64,000 nucleotides of DNA from Auanema rhodensis (Eukaryota; Animalia; Nematoda), in assembly GCA_964057225.1 (NCBI GenBank), contig OZ059898.1, positions 20,398,001 to 20,462,000 on the forward strand, written 5' to 3'. This document shows, piece after piece, positions 1 to 15,000 of the stretch. The position numbers and the translations under genes were made by a program. The number at the start of each line of letters is the position of its first letter. The first letter of the stretch is position 1. Under the pieces are notes generated by a model. That model was not told the DNA's origin and did no database searches. It saw only the letters and a list, made by a program, of their open reading frames with translations.

Positions 1-3000
1 AAGTCATGGTTACCATGAACCAATATCAATAAAAATTTGTTTTCAAACTAATATGGACATGGGGATTCTAATTTTGAAAACCGCATCTCTTTATCTTTCA
101 CGTGAAGCGAGTTACATACCTAGTGCACATCACGTGTACATTTAATTAGCATAAATTAAAGTTCACGCAAATTTCAAAGTCATGGTTACCATGAACCAAT
201 ATCAATAAAAATTTGTTTTTAGACTAATTTGGACATGGGGATTCTAATTTTGAAAACCGCATCTCTTTATCTTTCACGTGAAGCGAGTTACATACCTAGT
301 GCACATCACGTGTACATTTAATTAGCATAAATTAAAGTTCACGTAAATTTCAAAGTCATGGTTACCATGAACCAATATCAATAAAAATTTGTTTTTAGAC
401 TAATTTGGACATGGGGATTCTAATTTTGAAAACCGCATCTCTTTATCTTTCACGTGAAGCGAGTTACATACCTAGTGCACATCACGTGTACATTTAATTA
501 GCATAAATTAAAGTTCACGTAAATTTCAAAGTCATGGTTACCATGAACCAATATCAATAAAAATTTGTTTTTAAACTAATATGGACATGGGGAATCTAAT
601 TTTGAAAACCGCATCTCTTTATCTTTCACGTGAAGCGAGTTACATACCTAGTGCACATCACGTGTACATTTAATTAGCATAAATTAAAGTTCACGTAAAT
701 TTCAAAGTCATGGTTACCATGCACCAATATCAATAAAAGTTTGTTTTTAGACTAATATGGACATGGGGAATCTAATTTTGAGAACCGCATCTCTTTATCT
801 TTCACGTGAAGCGAGTTACATATAAAGTGCACATCACGTGTACATTTAATTAGCATAAATTAAAGTTCACGTAAATTTCAAAGTCATGGTTACCATGAAC
901 CAATATCAATAAAAATTTGTTTTTAGACTAATATGGACATGGGGAATCTAATTTTGAAAACCGCATCTCTTTATCTTTCACGTGAAGCGAGTTACATACC
1001 AAGTGCACATCACGTGTACATTTAATTAGCATAAATTAAAGTTCACGTAAATTTCAAAGTCATGGTTACCATGAACCAATATCAATAAAAATTTGTTTTT
1101 AGACTAATTTGGACATGGAGAATCTAATTTTGAAAACCGCATCTCTTTATCTTTCAAGTGATGCGAGTTACATACCAAGTGCACATCACGTGTACATTTA
1201 ATTAGCATAAATTAAAGTTCACGTAAATTTCAAAGTCATGGTTACCATGAACCAATATCAATAAAAATTTGTTTTTAAACTAATATGGACATGGGGAATC
1301 TAATTTTGAAAACCGCATCTCTTTATCTTTCACGTGAAGCGAGTTACATACCTAGTGCACATCACGTGTACATTTAATTAGCATAAGTTGAAGTTCACGT
1401 AAATTTCAAAGTCATGGTTACCATGAACCAATATCAATGAAAATTTGTTTTTAGACTAATATGGACATGGGGAATCTAATTTTGAAAACCGCATCTCTTT
1501 ATCTTTCACGTGAAGCGAGTTACATATAAAGTGCACATCACGTGTACATTTAATTAGCATAAATTAAAGTTCACGTAAATTTCAAAGTCATGGTTACCAT
1601 GCACCAATATTAATAAAAATTTGTTTTTAGACTAATATGGACATGGGGAATCTAATTTTGAAAACCGCATCTCTTTATCTTTCAAGTGAAGCGAGTTACA
1701 TACCAAGTGCACATCACGTGTACATTTAATTAGCATAAATTAAAGTTCACGTAAATTTCAAAGTCATGGTTACCATGAACCAATATCAATAAAAATTTGT
1801 TTTTAAACTAATATGGACATGGGGATTCTAATTTTGAAAACCGCATCTCTTTATCTTTCACGTGAAGCGAGTTACATATAAAGTGCAACATCACGTGTAC
1901 ATTTAATTAGCATAAATTAAAGTTCACGTAAAATTCAAAGTCATGGTTACCATGAACCAATATCAATAAAAATTTGTTTTTAAACTAATATGGACATGGG
2001 GAATCTAATTTTGAAAACCGCATCTCTTTATCTTTCACGTGAAGCGAGTTACATACCAAGTGCACATCACGTGTACATTTAATTAGCATAAATTAAAGTT
2101 CACGTAAATTTCAAAGTCATGGTTACCATGAACCAATATCAATAAAAATTTGTTTTTAGACTAATATGGACATGGGGAATCTAATTTTGAAAACCGCATC
2201 TCTTTATCTTTCAAGTGAAGCGAGTTACATACCAAGTGCACATCACGTGTACACTTAATTAGCATAAATTAAAGTTCACGTTAATTTCAAAGTCATGGTT
2301 ACCATGAACCAATATCAATAAAAACTTGTTTTTAGACTAATATGGACATGGGGAATCTAATTTTGAAAACCGCATCTCTTTATCTTTCACGTGAAGCGAG
2401 TTACATATAAAGTGCACATCACGTGTACATTTAATTAGCATAAATTAAAGTTCACGTAAATTTCAAAGTCATGGTTACCATGCACCAATATTAATAAAAA
2501 TTTGTTTTTAGACTAATATGGACATGGGGAATCTAATTTTGAAAACCGCATCTTTTTATCTTTCACGTGAAGCGAGTTACATACCAAGTGCACATCACGT
2601 GTACATTTAATTAGCATAAATTAAAGTTCACGTAAATTTCAAAGTCATGGTTACCATGAACCAATATCAATAAAAATTTGTTTTTAGACTAATATGGACA
2701 TGGGGAATCTAATTTTGAAAACCGCATCTCTTTATCTTTCAAGTGAAGCGAGTTACATACCAAGTGCACATCACGTGTACATTTAATTAGCATAAATTAA
2801 AGTTCACGTAATTTTCAAAGTCATGGTTACCATGAACCAATATCAATAAAAATTTGTTTTTAAACTAATATGGACATGGGGATTCTAATTTTGAAAACCG
2901 CATCTCTTTATCTTTCACGTGAAGCGAGTTACATATAAAGTGCAACATCACGTGTACATTTAATTAGCATAAATTAAAGTTCACGTAAAATTCAAAGTCA

Positions 3001-6000
3001 TGGTTACCATGAACCAATATCAATAAAAATTTGTTTTTAAACTAATATGGACATGGGGAATCTAATTTTGAAAACCGCATCTCTTTATCTTTCACGTGAA
3101 GCGAGTTACATACCAAGTGCACATCACGTGTACATTTAATTAGCATAAATTAAAGTTCACGTAAATTTCAAAGTCATGGTTACCATGAACCAATATCAAT
3201 AAAAATTTGTTTTTAGACTAATATGGACATGGGGAATCTAATTTTGAAAACCGCATCTCTTTATCTTTCAAGTGAAGCGAGTTACATACCAAGTGCACAT
3301 CACGTGTACACTTAATTAGCATAAATTAAAGTTCACGTTAATTTCAAAGTCATGGTTACCATGAACCAATATCAATAAAAACTTGTTTTTAGACTAATAT
3401 GGACATGGGGAATCTAATTTTGAAAACCGCATCTCTTTATCTTTCACGTGAAGCGAGTTACATATAAAGTGCACATCACGTGTACATTTAATTAGCATAA
3501 ATTAAAGTTCACGTAAATTTCAAAGTCATGGTTACCATGCACCAATATTAATAAAAATTTGTTTTTAGACTAATATGGACATGGGGAATCTAATTTTGAA
3601 AACCGCATCTTTTTATCTTTCACGTGAAGCGAGTTACATACCAAGTGCACATCACGTGTACATTTAATTAGCATAAATTAAAGTTCACGTAAATTTCAAA
3701 GTCATGGTTACCATGAACCAATATCAATAAAAATTTGTTTTTAGACTAATATGGACATGGGGAATCTAATTTTGAAAACCGCATCTCTTTATCTTTCAAG
3801 TGAAGCGAGTTACATACCAAGTGCACATCACGTGTACATTTAATTAGCATAAATTAAAGTTCACGTAATTTTCAAAGTCATGGTTACCATGAACCAATAT
3901 CAATGAATATTTGTTTTTAGACTAATATGGACATGGGGAATCTAATTTTGAAAACCGCATCTATTTATCTTTCACGCGAAGCGAGTTACATACCAAGTGC
4001 ACATCACGTGTACATTTAATTAGCATAAATTAAAGTTCACGTAAATTTCAAAGTCATGGTTACCATGCACCAATATCAATAAAATTTTATTTTTAGACTA
4101 ATATGGACATGGGGATTCTAATTTTGAAAACCGCATCTCTTTATCTTTCACGTGAAGCGAGTTACATACCTAGTGCACATCACGTGTACATTTAATTAGC
4201 ATAAATTAAAGTTCACGTAAATTTCAAAGTCATGGTTACCATGAACCAATATCAATAAAAATTTGTTTTTAGACTAATTTGGACATGGGGAATCTAATTT
4301 TGAAAACCGCATCTCTTTATCTTTCAAGTGAAGCGAGTTACATACCAAGTGCACATCACGTGTACATTTAATTAGCATAAATTAAAGTTCACGTAAATTT
4401 CAAAGTCATGGTTACCATGAACCAATATCAATAAAAATTTGTTTTTAAACTAATATGGACATGGGGAATCTAATTTTGAAAACCGCATCTCTTTATCTTT
4501 CACGTGAAGCGAGTTACATACCTAGTGCACATCACGTGTACATTTAATTAGCATAAGTTAAAGTTCACGTAAATTTCAAAGTCATGGTTACCATGAACCA
4601 ATATCAATAAAAATTTGTTTTTAGACTAATATGGACATGGGGAATCTAATTTTGAAAACCGCATCTCTTTATCTTTCACGTGAAGCGAGTTACATATAAA
4701 GTGCACATCACGTGTACATTTAATTAGCATAAATTAAAGTTCACGTAAATTTCAAAGTCATGGTTACCATGAACCAATATCAATAAAAATTTGTTTTTAA
4801 ACTAATATGGACATGGGGATTCTAATTTTGAAAACCGCATCTCTTTATCTTTCACGTGAAGCGAGTTACATACCTAGTGCACATCACGTGTACATTTAAT
4901 TAGCATAAATTAAAGTTCACGTAAATTTCAAAGTCATGGTTACCATGAACCAATATCAATAAAAATTTGTTTTTAGACTAATTTGGACATGGGGATTCTA
5001 ATTTTGAGAACCGCATCTCTTTATCTTTCACGTGAAGCGAGTTACATATAGAGTGCACATCACGTGTACATTTAATTAGCATAAATTAAAGTTCACGTAA
5101 TTTTCAAAGTCATGGTTACCATGAACCAATATCAATGAATATTTGTTTTTAGACTAATTTGGACATGGGGAATCTAATTTTGAAAACCGCATCTCTTTAT
5201 CGTTCAAGTGAAGCGAGTTACATACCAAGTGCACATCACGTGTACATTTAATTAGCATAAATTAAAGTTCACGTAAATTTCAAAGTCATGGTTACCATGA
5301 ACCAATATCAATAAAAATTTGTTTTTAAACTAATATGGACATGGGGAATCTAATTTTGAAAACCGCATCTCTTTATCTTTCACGTGAAGCGAGTTACATA
5401 CCTAGTGCACATCACGTGTACATTTAATTAGCATAAGTTAAAGTTCACGTAAATTTCAAAGTCATGGTTACCATGAACCAATATCAATAAAAATTTGTTT
5501 TTAGACTAATATGGACATGGGGAATCTAATTTTGAAAACCGCATCTCTTTATCTTTCACGTGAAGCGAGTTACATATAAAGTGCACATCACGTGTACATT
5601 TAATTAGCATAAATTAAAGTTCACGTAAATTTCAAAGTCATGGTTACCATGAACCAATATCAATAAAAATTTGTTTTTAAACTAATATGGACATGGGGAT
5701 TCTAATTTTGAAAACCGCATCTCTTTATCTTTCACGTGAAGCGAGTTACATACCTAGTGCACATCACGTGTACATTTAATTAGCATAAATTAAAGTTCAC
5801 GTAAATTTCAAAGTCATGGTTACCATGAACCAATATCAATAAAAATTTGTTTTTAGACTAATTTGGACATGGGGATTCTAATTTTGAGAACCGCATCTCT
5901 TTATCTTTCACGTGAAGCGAGTTACATATAAAGTGCACATCACGTGTACATTTAATTAGCATAAATTAAAGTTCACGTAAATTTCAAAGTCATGGTTACC

Positions 6001-9000
6001 ATGAACCAATATCAATAAAAACTTGTTTTTAGACTAATATGGACATGGGGAATCTAATTTTGAAAACCGCATCTCTTTATCTTTCAAGTGAAGCGAGTTA
6101 CATACCAAGTGCACATCACGTGTACATTTAATTAGCATAAATTAAAGTTCACGTAAATTTCAAAGTCATGGTTACCATGAACCAATATCAATAAAAATTT
6201 GTTTTTAGACTAATATGGACATGGGGAATCTACTTTTGAAAACCGCATCTCTTTATCTTTCACGTGAAGCGAGTTACATACCAAGTGCACATCACGTGTA
6301 CATTTAATTAGCATAAATTAAAGTTCACGTAAATTTCAAAGTCATGGTTACCATGAACCAATATCAATAAAAATTTGTTTGCAAACTAATATGGACATGG
6401 GGATTCTAATTTTGAAAACCGCATCTCTTTATCTTTCACGTGAAGCGAGTTACATACCTAGTGCACATCACGTGTACATTTAATTAGCATAAATTAAAGT
6501 TCACGTAAATTTCAAAGTCATGGTTACCATGAACCAATATCAATAAAAATTTGTTTTTAGACTAATTTGGACATGGGGATTCTAATTTTGAAAACCGCAT
6601 CTCTTTATCTTTCACGTGAAGCGAGTTACATACCTAGTGCACATCACGTGTACATTTAATTAGCATAAATTAAAGTTCACGTAAATTTCAAAGTCATGGT
6701 TACCATGAACCAATATCAATAAAAATTTGTTTTTAGACTAATTTGGACATGGGGATTCTAATTTTGAGAACCGCATCTCTTTATCTTTCACGTGAAGCGA
6801 GTTACATATAGAGTGCACATCACGTGTACATTTAATTAGCATAAATTAAAGTTCACGTAATTTTCAAAGTCATGGTTACCATGAACCAATATCAATGAAT
6901 ATTTGTTTTTAGACTAATTTGGACATGGGGAATCTAATTTTGAAAACCGCATCTCTTTATCGTTCAAGTGAAGCGAGTTACATACCAAGTGCACATCACG
7001 TGTACATTTAATTAGCATAAATTAAAGTTCACGTAAATTTCAAAGTCATGGTTACCATGAACCAATATCAATAAAAATTTGTTTTTAAACTAATATGGAC
7101 ATGGGGAATCTAATTTTGAAAACCGCATCTCTTTATCTTTCACGTGAAGCGAGTTACATACCTAGTGCACATCACGTGTACATTTAATTAGCATAAGTTA
7201 AAGTTCACGTAAATTTCAAAGTCATGGTTACCATGAACCAATATCAATAAAAATTTGTTTTTAGACTAATATGGACATGGGGAATCTAATTTTGAAAACC
7301 GCATCTCTTTATCTTTCACGTGAAGCGAGTTACATATAAAGTGCACATCACGTGTACATTTAATTAGCATAAATTAAAGTTCACGTAAATTTCAAAGTCA
7401 TGGTTACCATGAACCAATATCAATAAAAATTTGTTTTTAAACTAATATGGACATGGGGATTCTAATTTTGAAAACCGCATCTCTTTATCTTTCACGTGAA
7501 GCGAGTTACATACCTAGTGCACATCACGTGTACATTTAATTAGCATAAATTAAAGTTCACGTAAATTTCAAAGTCATGGTTACCATGAACCAATATCAAT
7601 AAAAATTTGTTTTTAGACTAATTTGGACATGGGGATTCTAATTTTGAGAACCGCATCTCTTTATCTTTCACGTGAAGCGAGTTACATATAAAGTGCACAT
7701 CACGTGTACATTTAATTAGCATAAATTAAAGTTCACGTAAATTTCAAAGTCATGGTTACCATGAACCAATATCAATAAAAACTTGTTTTTAGACTAATAT
7801 GGACATGGGGAATCTAATTTTGAAAACCGCATCTCTTTATCTTTCAAGTGAAGCGAGTTACATACCAAGTGCACATCACGTGTACATTTAATTAGCATAA
7901 ATTAAAGTTCACGTAAATTTCAAAGTCATGGTTACCATGAACCAATATCAATAAAAATTTGTTTTTAGACTAATATGGACATGGGGAATCTACTTTTGAA
8001 AACCGCATCTCTTTATCTTTCACGTGAAGCGAGTTACATACCAAGTGCACATCACGTGTACATTTAATTAGCATAAATTAAAGTTCACGTAAATTTCAAA
8101 GTCATGGTTACCATGAACCAATATCAATAAAAATTTGTTTTTAAACTAATATGGACATGGGGAATCTAATTTTGAAAACCGCATCTCTTTATCTTTCAAG
8201 TGAAGCGAGTTACATACCAAGTGCACATCACGTGTACATTTAATTAGCATAAATTAAAGTTCACGTAAATTTCAAAGTCATGGTTACCATGAACCAATAT
8301 CAATAAAAATTTGTTTGCAAACTAATATGGACATGGGGATTCTAATTTTGAAAACCGCATCTCTTTATCTTTCACGTGAAGCGAGTTACATACCTAGTGC
8401 ACATCACGTGTACATTTAATTAGCATAAATTAAAGTTCACGTAAATTTCAAAGTCATGGTTACCATGAACCAATATCAATAAAAATTTGTTTTTAGACTA
8501 ATTTGGACATGGGGATTCTAATTTTGAGAACCGCATCTCTTTATCTTTCACGTGAAGCGAGTTACATATAAAGTGCACATCACGTGTACATTTAATTAGC
8601 ATAAATTAAAGTTCACGTAAATTTCAAAGTCATGGTTACCATGAACCAATATCAATAAAAATTTGTTTTTAGACTAATATGGACATGGGGAATCTACTTT
8701 TGAAAACCGCATCTCTTTATCTTTCACGTGAAGCGAGTTACATACCAAGTGCACATCACGTGTACATTTAATTAGCATAAATTAAAGTTCACGTAAATTT
8801 CAAAGTCATGGTTACCATGAACCAATATCAATAAAAATTTGTTTTTAAACTAATATGGACATGGGGAATCTAATTTTGAAAACCGCATCTCTTTATCTTT
8901 CAAGTGAAGCAAGTTACATACCAAGTGCACATCACGTGTACATTTAATTAGCATAAATTAAAGTTCACGTAAATTTCAAAGTCATGGTTACCATGAACCA

Positions 9001-12000
9001 ATATCAATAAAAATTTGTTTGCAAACTAATATGGACATGGGGATTCTAATTTTGAAAACCGCATCTCTTTATCTTTCACGTGAAGCGAGTTACATACCTA
9101 GTGCACATCACGTGTACATTTAATTAGCATAAATTAAAGTTCACGTAAATTTCAAAGTCATGGTTACCATGAACCAATATCAATAAAAATTTGTTTTTAG
9201 ACTAATTTGGACATGGGGATTCTAATTTTGAAAACCGCATCTCTTTATCTTTCACGTGAAGCGAGTTACATACCTAGTGCACATCACGTGTACATTTAAT
9301 TAGCATAAATTAAAGTTCACGTAAATTTCAAAGTCATGGTTACCATGAACCAATATCAATAAAAATTTGTTTTTAGACTAATTTGGACATGGGGATTCTA
9401 ATTTTGAAAACCGCATCTCTTTATCTTTCACGTGAAGCGAGTTACATACCTAGTGCACATCACGTGTACATTTAATTAGCATAAATTAAAGTTCACGTAA
9501 ATTTCAAAGTCATGGTTACCATGAACCAATATCAATAAAAATTTGTTTTTAAACTAATATGGACATGGGGAATCTAATTTTGAAAACCGCATCTCTTTAT
9601 CTTTCACGTGAAGCGAGTTACATACCTAGTGCACATCACGTGTACATTTAATTAGCATAAATTAAAGTTCACGTAAATTTCAAAGTCATGGTTACCATGA
9701 ACCAATATCAATAAAAATTTGTTTTTAGACTAATTTGGACATGGGGATTCTAATTTTGAAAACCGCATCTCTTTATCTTTCACGTGAAGCGAGTTACATA
9801 CCTAGTGCACATCACGTGTACATTTAATTAGCATAAATTAAAGTTCACGCAAATTTCAAAGTCATGGTTACCATGAACCAATATCAATAAAAATTTGTTT
9901 TTAGACTAATTTGGACATGGGGATTCTAATTTTGAAAACCGCATCTCTTTATCTTTCACGTGAAGCGAGTTACATACCTAGTGCACATCACGTGTACATT
10001 TAATTAGCATAAATTAAAGTTCACGTAAATTTCAAAGTCATGGTTACCATGCACCAATATCAATAAAAGTTTGTTTTTAGACTAATATGGACATGGGGAA
10101 TCTAATTTTGAGAACCGCATCTCTTTATCTTTCACGTGAAGCGAGTTACATATAAAGTGCACATCACGTGTACATTTAATTAGCATAAATTAAAGTTCAC
10201 GTAAATTTCAAAGTCATGGTTACCATGAACCAATATCAATAAAAATTTGTTTTTAGACTAATATGGACATGGGGAATCTAATTTTGAAAACCGCATCTCT
10301 TTATCTTTCACGTGAAGCGAGTTACATATAAAGTGCACATCACGTGTACATTTAATTAGCATAAATTAAAGTTCACGTAAATTTCAAAGTCATGGTTACC
10401 ATGAACCAATATCAATAAAAATTTGTTTTTAAACTAATATGGACATGGGGATTCTAATTTTGAAAACCGCATCTCTTTATCTTTCACGTGAAGCGAGTTA
10501 CATACCTAGTGCACATCACGTGTACATTTAATTAGCATAAATTAAAGTTCACGTAAATTTCAAAGTCATGGTTACCATGAACCAATATCAATAAAAATTT
10601 GTTTTTAGACTAATTTGGACATGGGGATTCTAATTTTGAGAACCGCATCTCTTTATCTTTCACGTGAAGCGAGTTACATACCAAGTGCACATCACGTGTA
10701 CATTTAATTAGCATAAATTAAAGTTCACGTAAATTTCAAAGTCATGGTTACCATGAACCAATATCAATAAAAATTTGTTTTTAAACTAATATGGACATGG
10801 GGAATCTAATTTTGAAAACCGCATCTCTTTATCTTTCAAGTGAAGCGAGTTACATACCAAGTGCACATCACGTGTACATTTAATTAGCATAAATTAAAGT
10901 TCACGTAAATTTCAAAGTCATTGTTACCATGAACCAATATCAATAAAAATTTGTTTTCAAACTAATATGGACATAGGGATTCTAATTTTGAAAACCGCAT
11001 CTCTTTATCTTTCACGTGAAGCGAGTTACATACCTAGTGCACATCACGTGTACATTTAATTAGCATAAATTAAAGTTCACGTAAATTTCAAAGTCATGGT
11101 TACCATGAACCAATATCAATAAAAATTTGTTTTTAGACTAATTTGGACATGGGGATTCTAATTTTGAAAACCGCATCTTTTTATCTTTCACGTGAAGCGA
11201 GTTACATACCTAGTGCACATCACGTGTACATTTAATTAGCATAAATTAAAGTTCACGTAAATTTCAAAGTCATGGTTACCATGAACCAATATCAATAAAA
11301 ATTTGTTTTTAAACTAATATGGACATGGGGAATCTAATTTTGAAAACCGCATCTCTTTATCTTTCAAGTGAAGCGAGTTACATACCAAGTGCACATCACG
11401 TGTACATTTAATTAGCATAAATTAAAGTTCACGTAAGTTTCAAAGTCATGGTTACCATGAACCAATATCAATAAAAATTTGTTTTCAAACTAATATGGAC
11501 ATGGGGATTCTAATTTTGAAAACCGCATCTCTTTATCTTTCACGTGAAGCGAGTTACATACCTAGTGCACATCACGTGTACATTTAATTAGCATAAATTA
11601 AAGTTCACGTAAATTTCAAAGTCATGGTTACCATGAACCAATATCAATAAAAATTTGTTTTTAGACTAATTTGGACATGGAGAATCTAATTTTGAAAACC
11701 GCATCTCTTTATCTTTCAAGTGATGCGAGTTACATACCAAGTGCACATCACGTGTACATTTAATTAGCATAAATTAAAGTTCACGTAAATTTCAAAGTCA
11801 TGGTTACCATGAACCAATATCAATAAAAATTTGTTTTTAGACTAATTTGGACATGGGAATTCTAATTTTGAAAACCGCATCTCTTTATCTTTCACGTGAA
11901 GCGAGTTACATACCAAGTGCACATCACGTGTACATTTAATTAGCATAAATTAAAGTTCACGTAAATTTCAAAGTCATGGTTACCATGAACCAATATCAAT

Positions 12001-15000
12001 AAAAATTTGTTTTTAGACTAATTTGGACATGGGAATTCTAATTTTGAAAACCGCATCTCTTTATCTTTCACGTGAAGCGAGTTACATATAAAGTGCACAT
12101 CACGTGTACATTTAATTAGCATAAATTAAAGTTCACGTAAATTTCAAAGTCATGGTTACCATGAACCAATATCAATAAAAATTTGTTTTTAAACTAATAT
12201 GGACATGGGGATTCTAATTTTGAAAACCGCATCTCTTTATCTTTCACGTGAAGCGAGTTACATACCTAGTGCACATCACGTGTACATTTAATTAGCATAA
12301 ATTAAAGTTCACGTAAATTTCAAAGTCATGGTTACCATGAACCAATATCAATAAAAATTTGTTTTTAGACTAATTTGGACATGGGGATTCTAATTTTGAG
12401 AACCGCATCTCTTTATCTTTCACGTGAAGCGAGTTACATATAAAGTGCACATCACGTGTACATTTAATTAGCATAAATTAAAGTTCACGTAAATTTCAAA
12501 GTCATGGTTACCATGAACCAATATCAATAAAAACTTGTTTTTAGACTAATATGGACATGGGGAATCTAATTTTGAAAACCGCATCTCTTTATCTTTCAAG
12601 TGAAGCGAGTTACATACCAAGTGCACATCACGTGTACATTTAATTAGCATAAATTAAAGTTCACGTAAATTTCAAAGTCATGGTTACCATGAACCAATAT
12701 CAATAAAAATTTGTTTTTAGACTAATATGGACATGGGGAATCTACTTTTGAAAACCGCATCTCTTTATCTTTCACGTGAAGCGAGTTACATACCAAGTGC
12801 ACATCACGTGTACATTTAATTAGCATAAATTAAAGTTCACGTAAATTTCAAAGTCATGGTTACCATGAACCAATATCAATAAAAATTTGTTTGCAAACTA
12901 ATATGGACATGGGGATTCTAATTTTGAAAACCGCATCTCTTTATCTTTCACGTGAAGCGAGTTACATACCTAGTGCACATCACGTGTACATTTAATTAGC
13001 ATAAATTAAAGTTCACGTAAATTTCAAAGTCATGGTTACCATGAACCAATATCAATAAAAATTTGTTTTTAGACTAATTTGGACATGGGGATTCTAATTT
13101 TGAAAACCGCATCTCTTTATCTTTCACGTGAAGCGAGTTACATACCTAGTGCACATCACGTGTACATTTAATTAGCATAAATTAAAGTTCACGTAAATTT
13201 CAAAGTCATGGTTACCATGAACCAATATCAATAAAAATTTGTTTTTAGACTAATTTGGACATGGGGATTCTAATTTTGAGAACCGCATCTCTTTATCTTT
13301 CACGTGAAGCGAGTTACATATAGAGTGCACATCACGTGTACATTTAATTAGCATAAATTAAAGTTCACGTAATTTTCAAAGTCATGGTTACCATGAACCA
13401 ATATCAATGAATATTTGTTTTTAGACTAATTTGGACATGGGGAATCTAATTTTGAAAACCGCATCTCTTTATCGTTCAAGTGAAGCGAGTTACATACCAA
13501 GTGCACATCACGTGTACATTTAATTAGCATAAATTAAAGTTCACGTAAATTTCAAAGTCATGGTTACCATGAACCAATATCAATAAAAATTTGTTTTTAA
13601 ACTAATATGGACATGGGGAATCTAATTTTGAAAACCGCATCTCTTTATCTTTCACGTGAAGCGAGTTACATACCTAGTGCACATCACGTGTACATTTAAT
13701 TAGCATAAGTTAAAGTTCACGTAAATTTCAAAGTCATGGTTACCATGAACCAATATCAATAAAAATTTGTTTTTAGACTAATATGGACATGGGGAATCTA
13801 ATTTTGAAAACCGCATCTCTTTATCTTTCACGTGAAGCGAGTTACATATAAAGTGCACATCACGTGTACATTTAATTAGCATAAATTAAAGTTCACGTAA
13901 ATTTCAAAGTCATGGTTACCATGAACCAATATCAATAAAAATTTGTTTTTAAACTAATATGGACATGGGGATTCTAATTTTGAAAACCGCATCTCTTTAT
14001 CTTTCACGTGAAGCGAGTTACATACCTAGTGCACATCACGTGTACATTTAATTAGCATAAATTAAAGTTCACGTAAATTTCAAAGTCATGGTTACCATGA
14101 ACCAATATCAATAAAAATTTGTTTTTAGACTAATTTGGACATGGGGATTCTAATTTTGAGAACCGCATCTCTTTATCTTTCACGTGAAGCGAGTTACATA
14201 TAAAGTGCACATCACGTGTACATTTAATTAGCATAAATTAAAGTTCACGTAAATTTCAAAGTCATGGTTACCATGAACCAATATCAATAAAAACTTGTTT
14301 TTAGACTAATATGGACATGGGGAATCTAATTTTGAAAACCGCATCTCTTTATCTTTCAAGTGAAGCGAGTTACATACCAAGTGCACATCACGTGTACATT
14401 TAATTAGCATAAATTAAAGTTCACGTAAATTTCAAAGTCATGGTTACCATGAACCAATATCAATAAAAATTTGTTTTTAGACTAATATGGACATGGGGAA
14501 TCTACTTTTGAAAACCGCATCTCTTTATCTTTCACGTGAAGCGAGTTACATACCAAGTGCACATCACGTGTACATTTAATTAGCATAAATTAAAGTTCAC
14601 GTAAATTTCAAAGTCATGGTTACCATGAACCAATATCAATAAAAATTTGTTTTTAAACTAATATGGACATGGGGAATCTAATTTTGAAAACCGCATCTCT
14701 TTATCTTTCAAGTGAAGCGAGTTACATACCAAGTGCACATCACGTGTACATTTAATTAGCATAAATTAAAGTTCACGTAAATTTCAAAGTCATGGTTACC
14801 ATGAACCAATATCAATAAAAATTTGTTTGCAAACTAATATGGACATGGGGATTCTAATTTTGAAAACCGCATCTCTTTATCTTTCACGTGAAGCGAGTTA
14901 CATACCTAGTGCACATCACGTGTACATTTAATTAGCATAAATTAAAGTTCACGTAAATTTCAAAGTCATGGTTACCATGAACCAATATCAATAAAAATTT

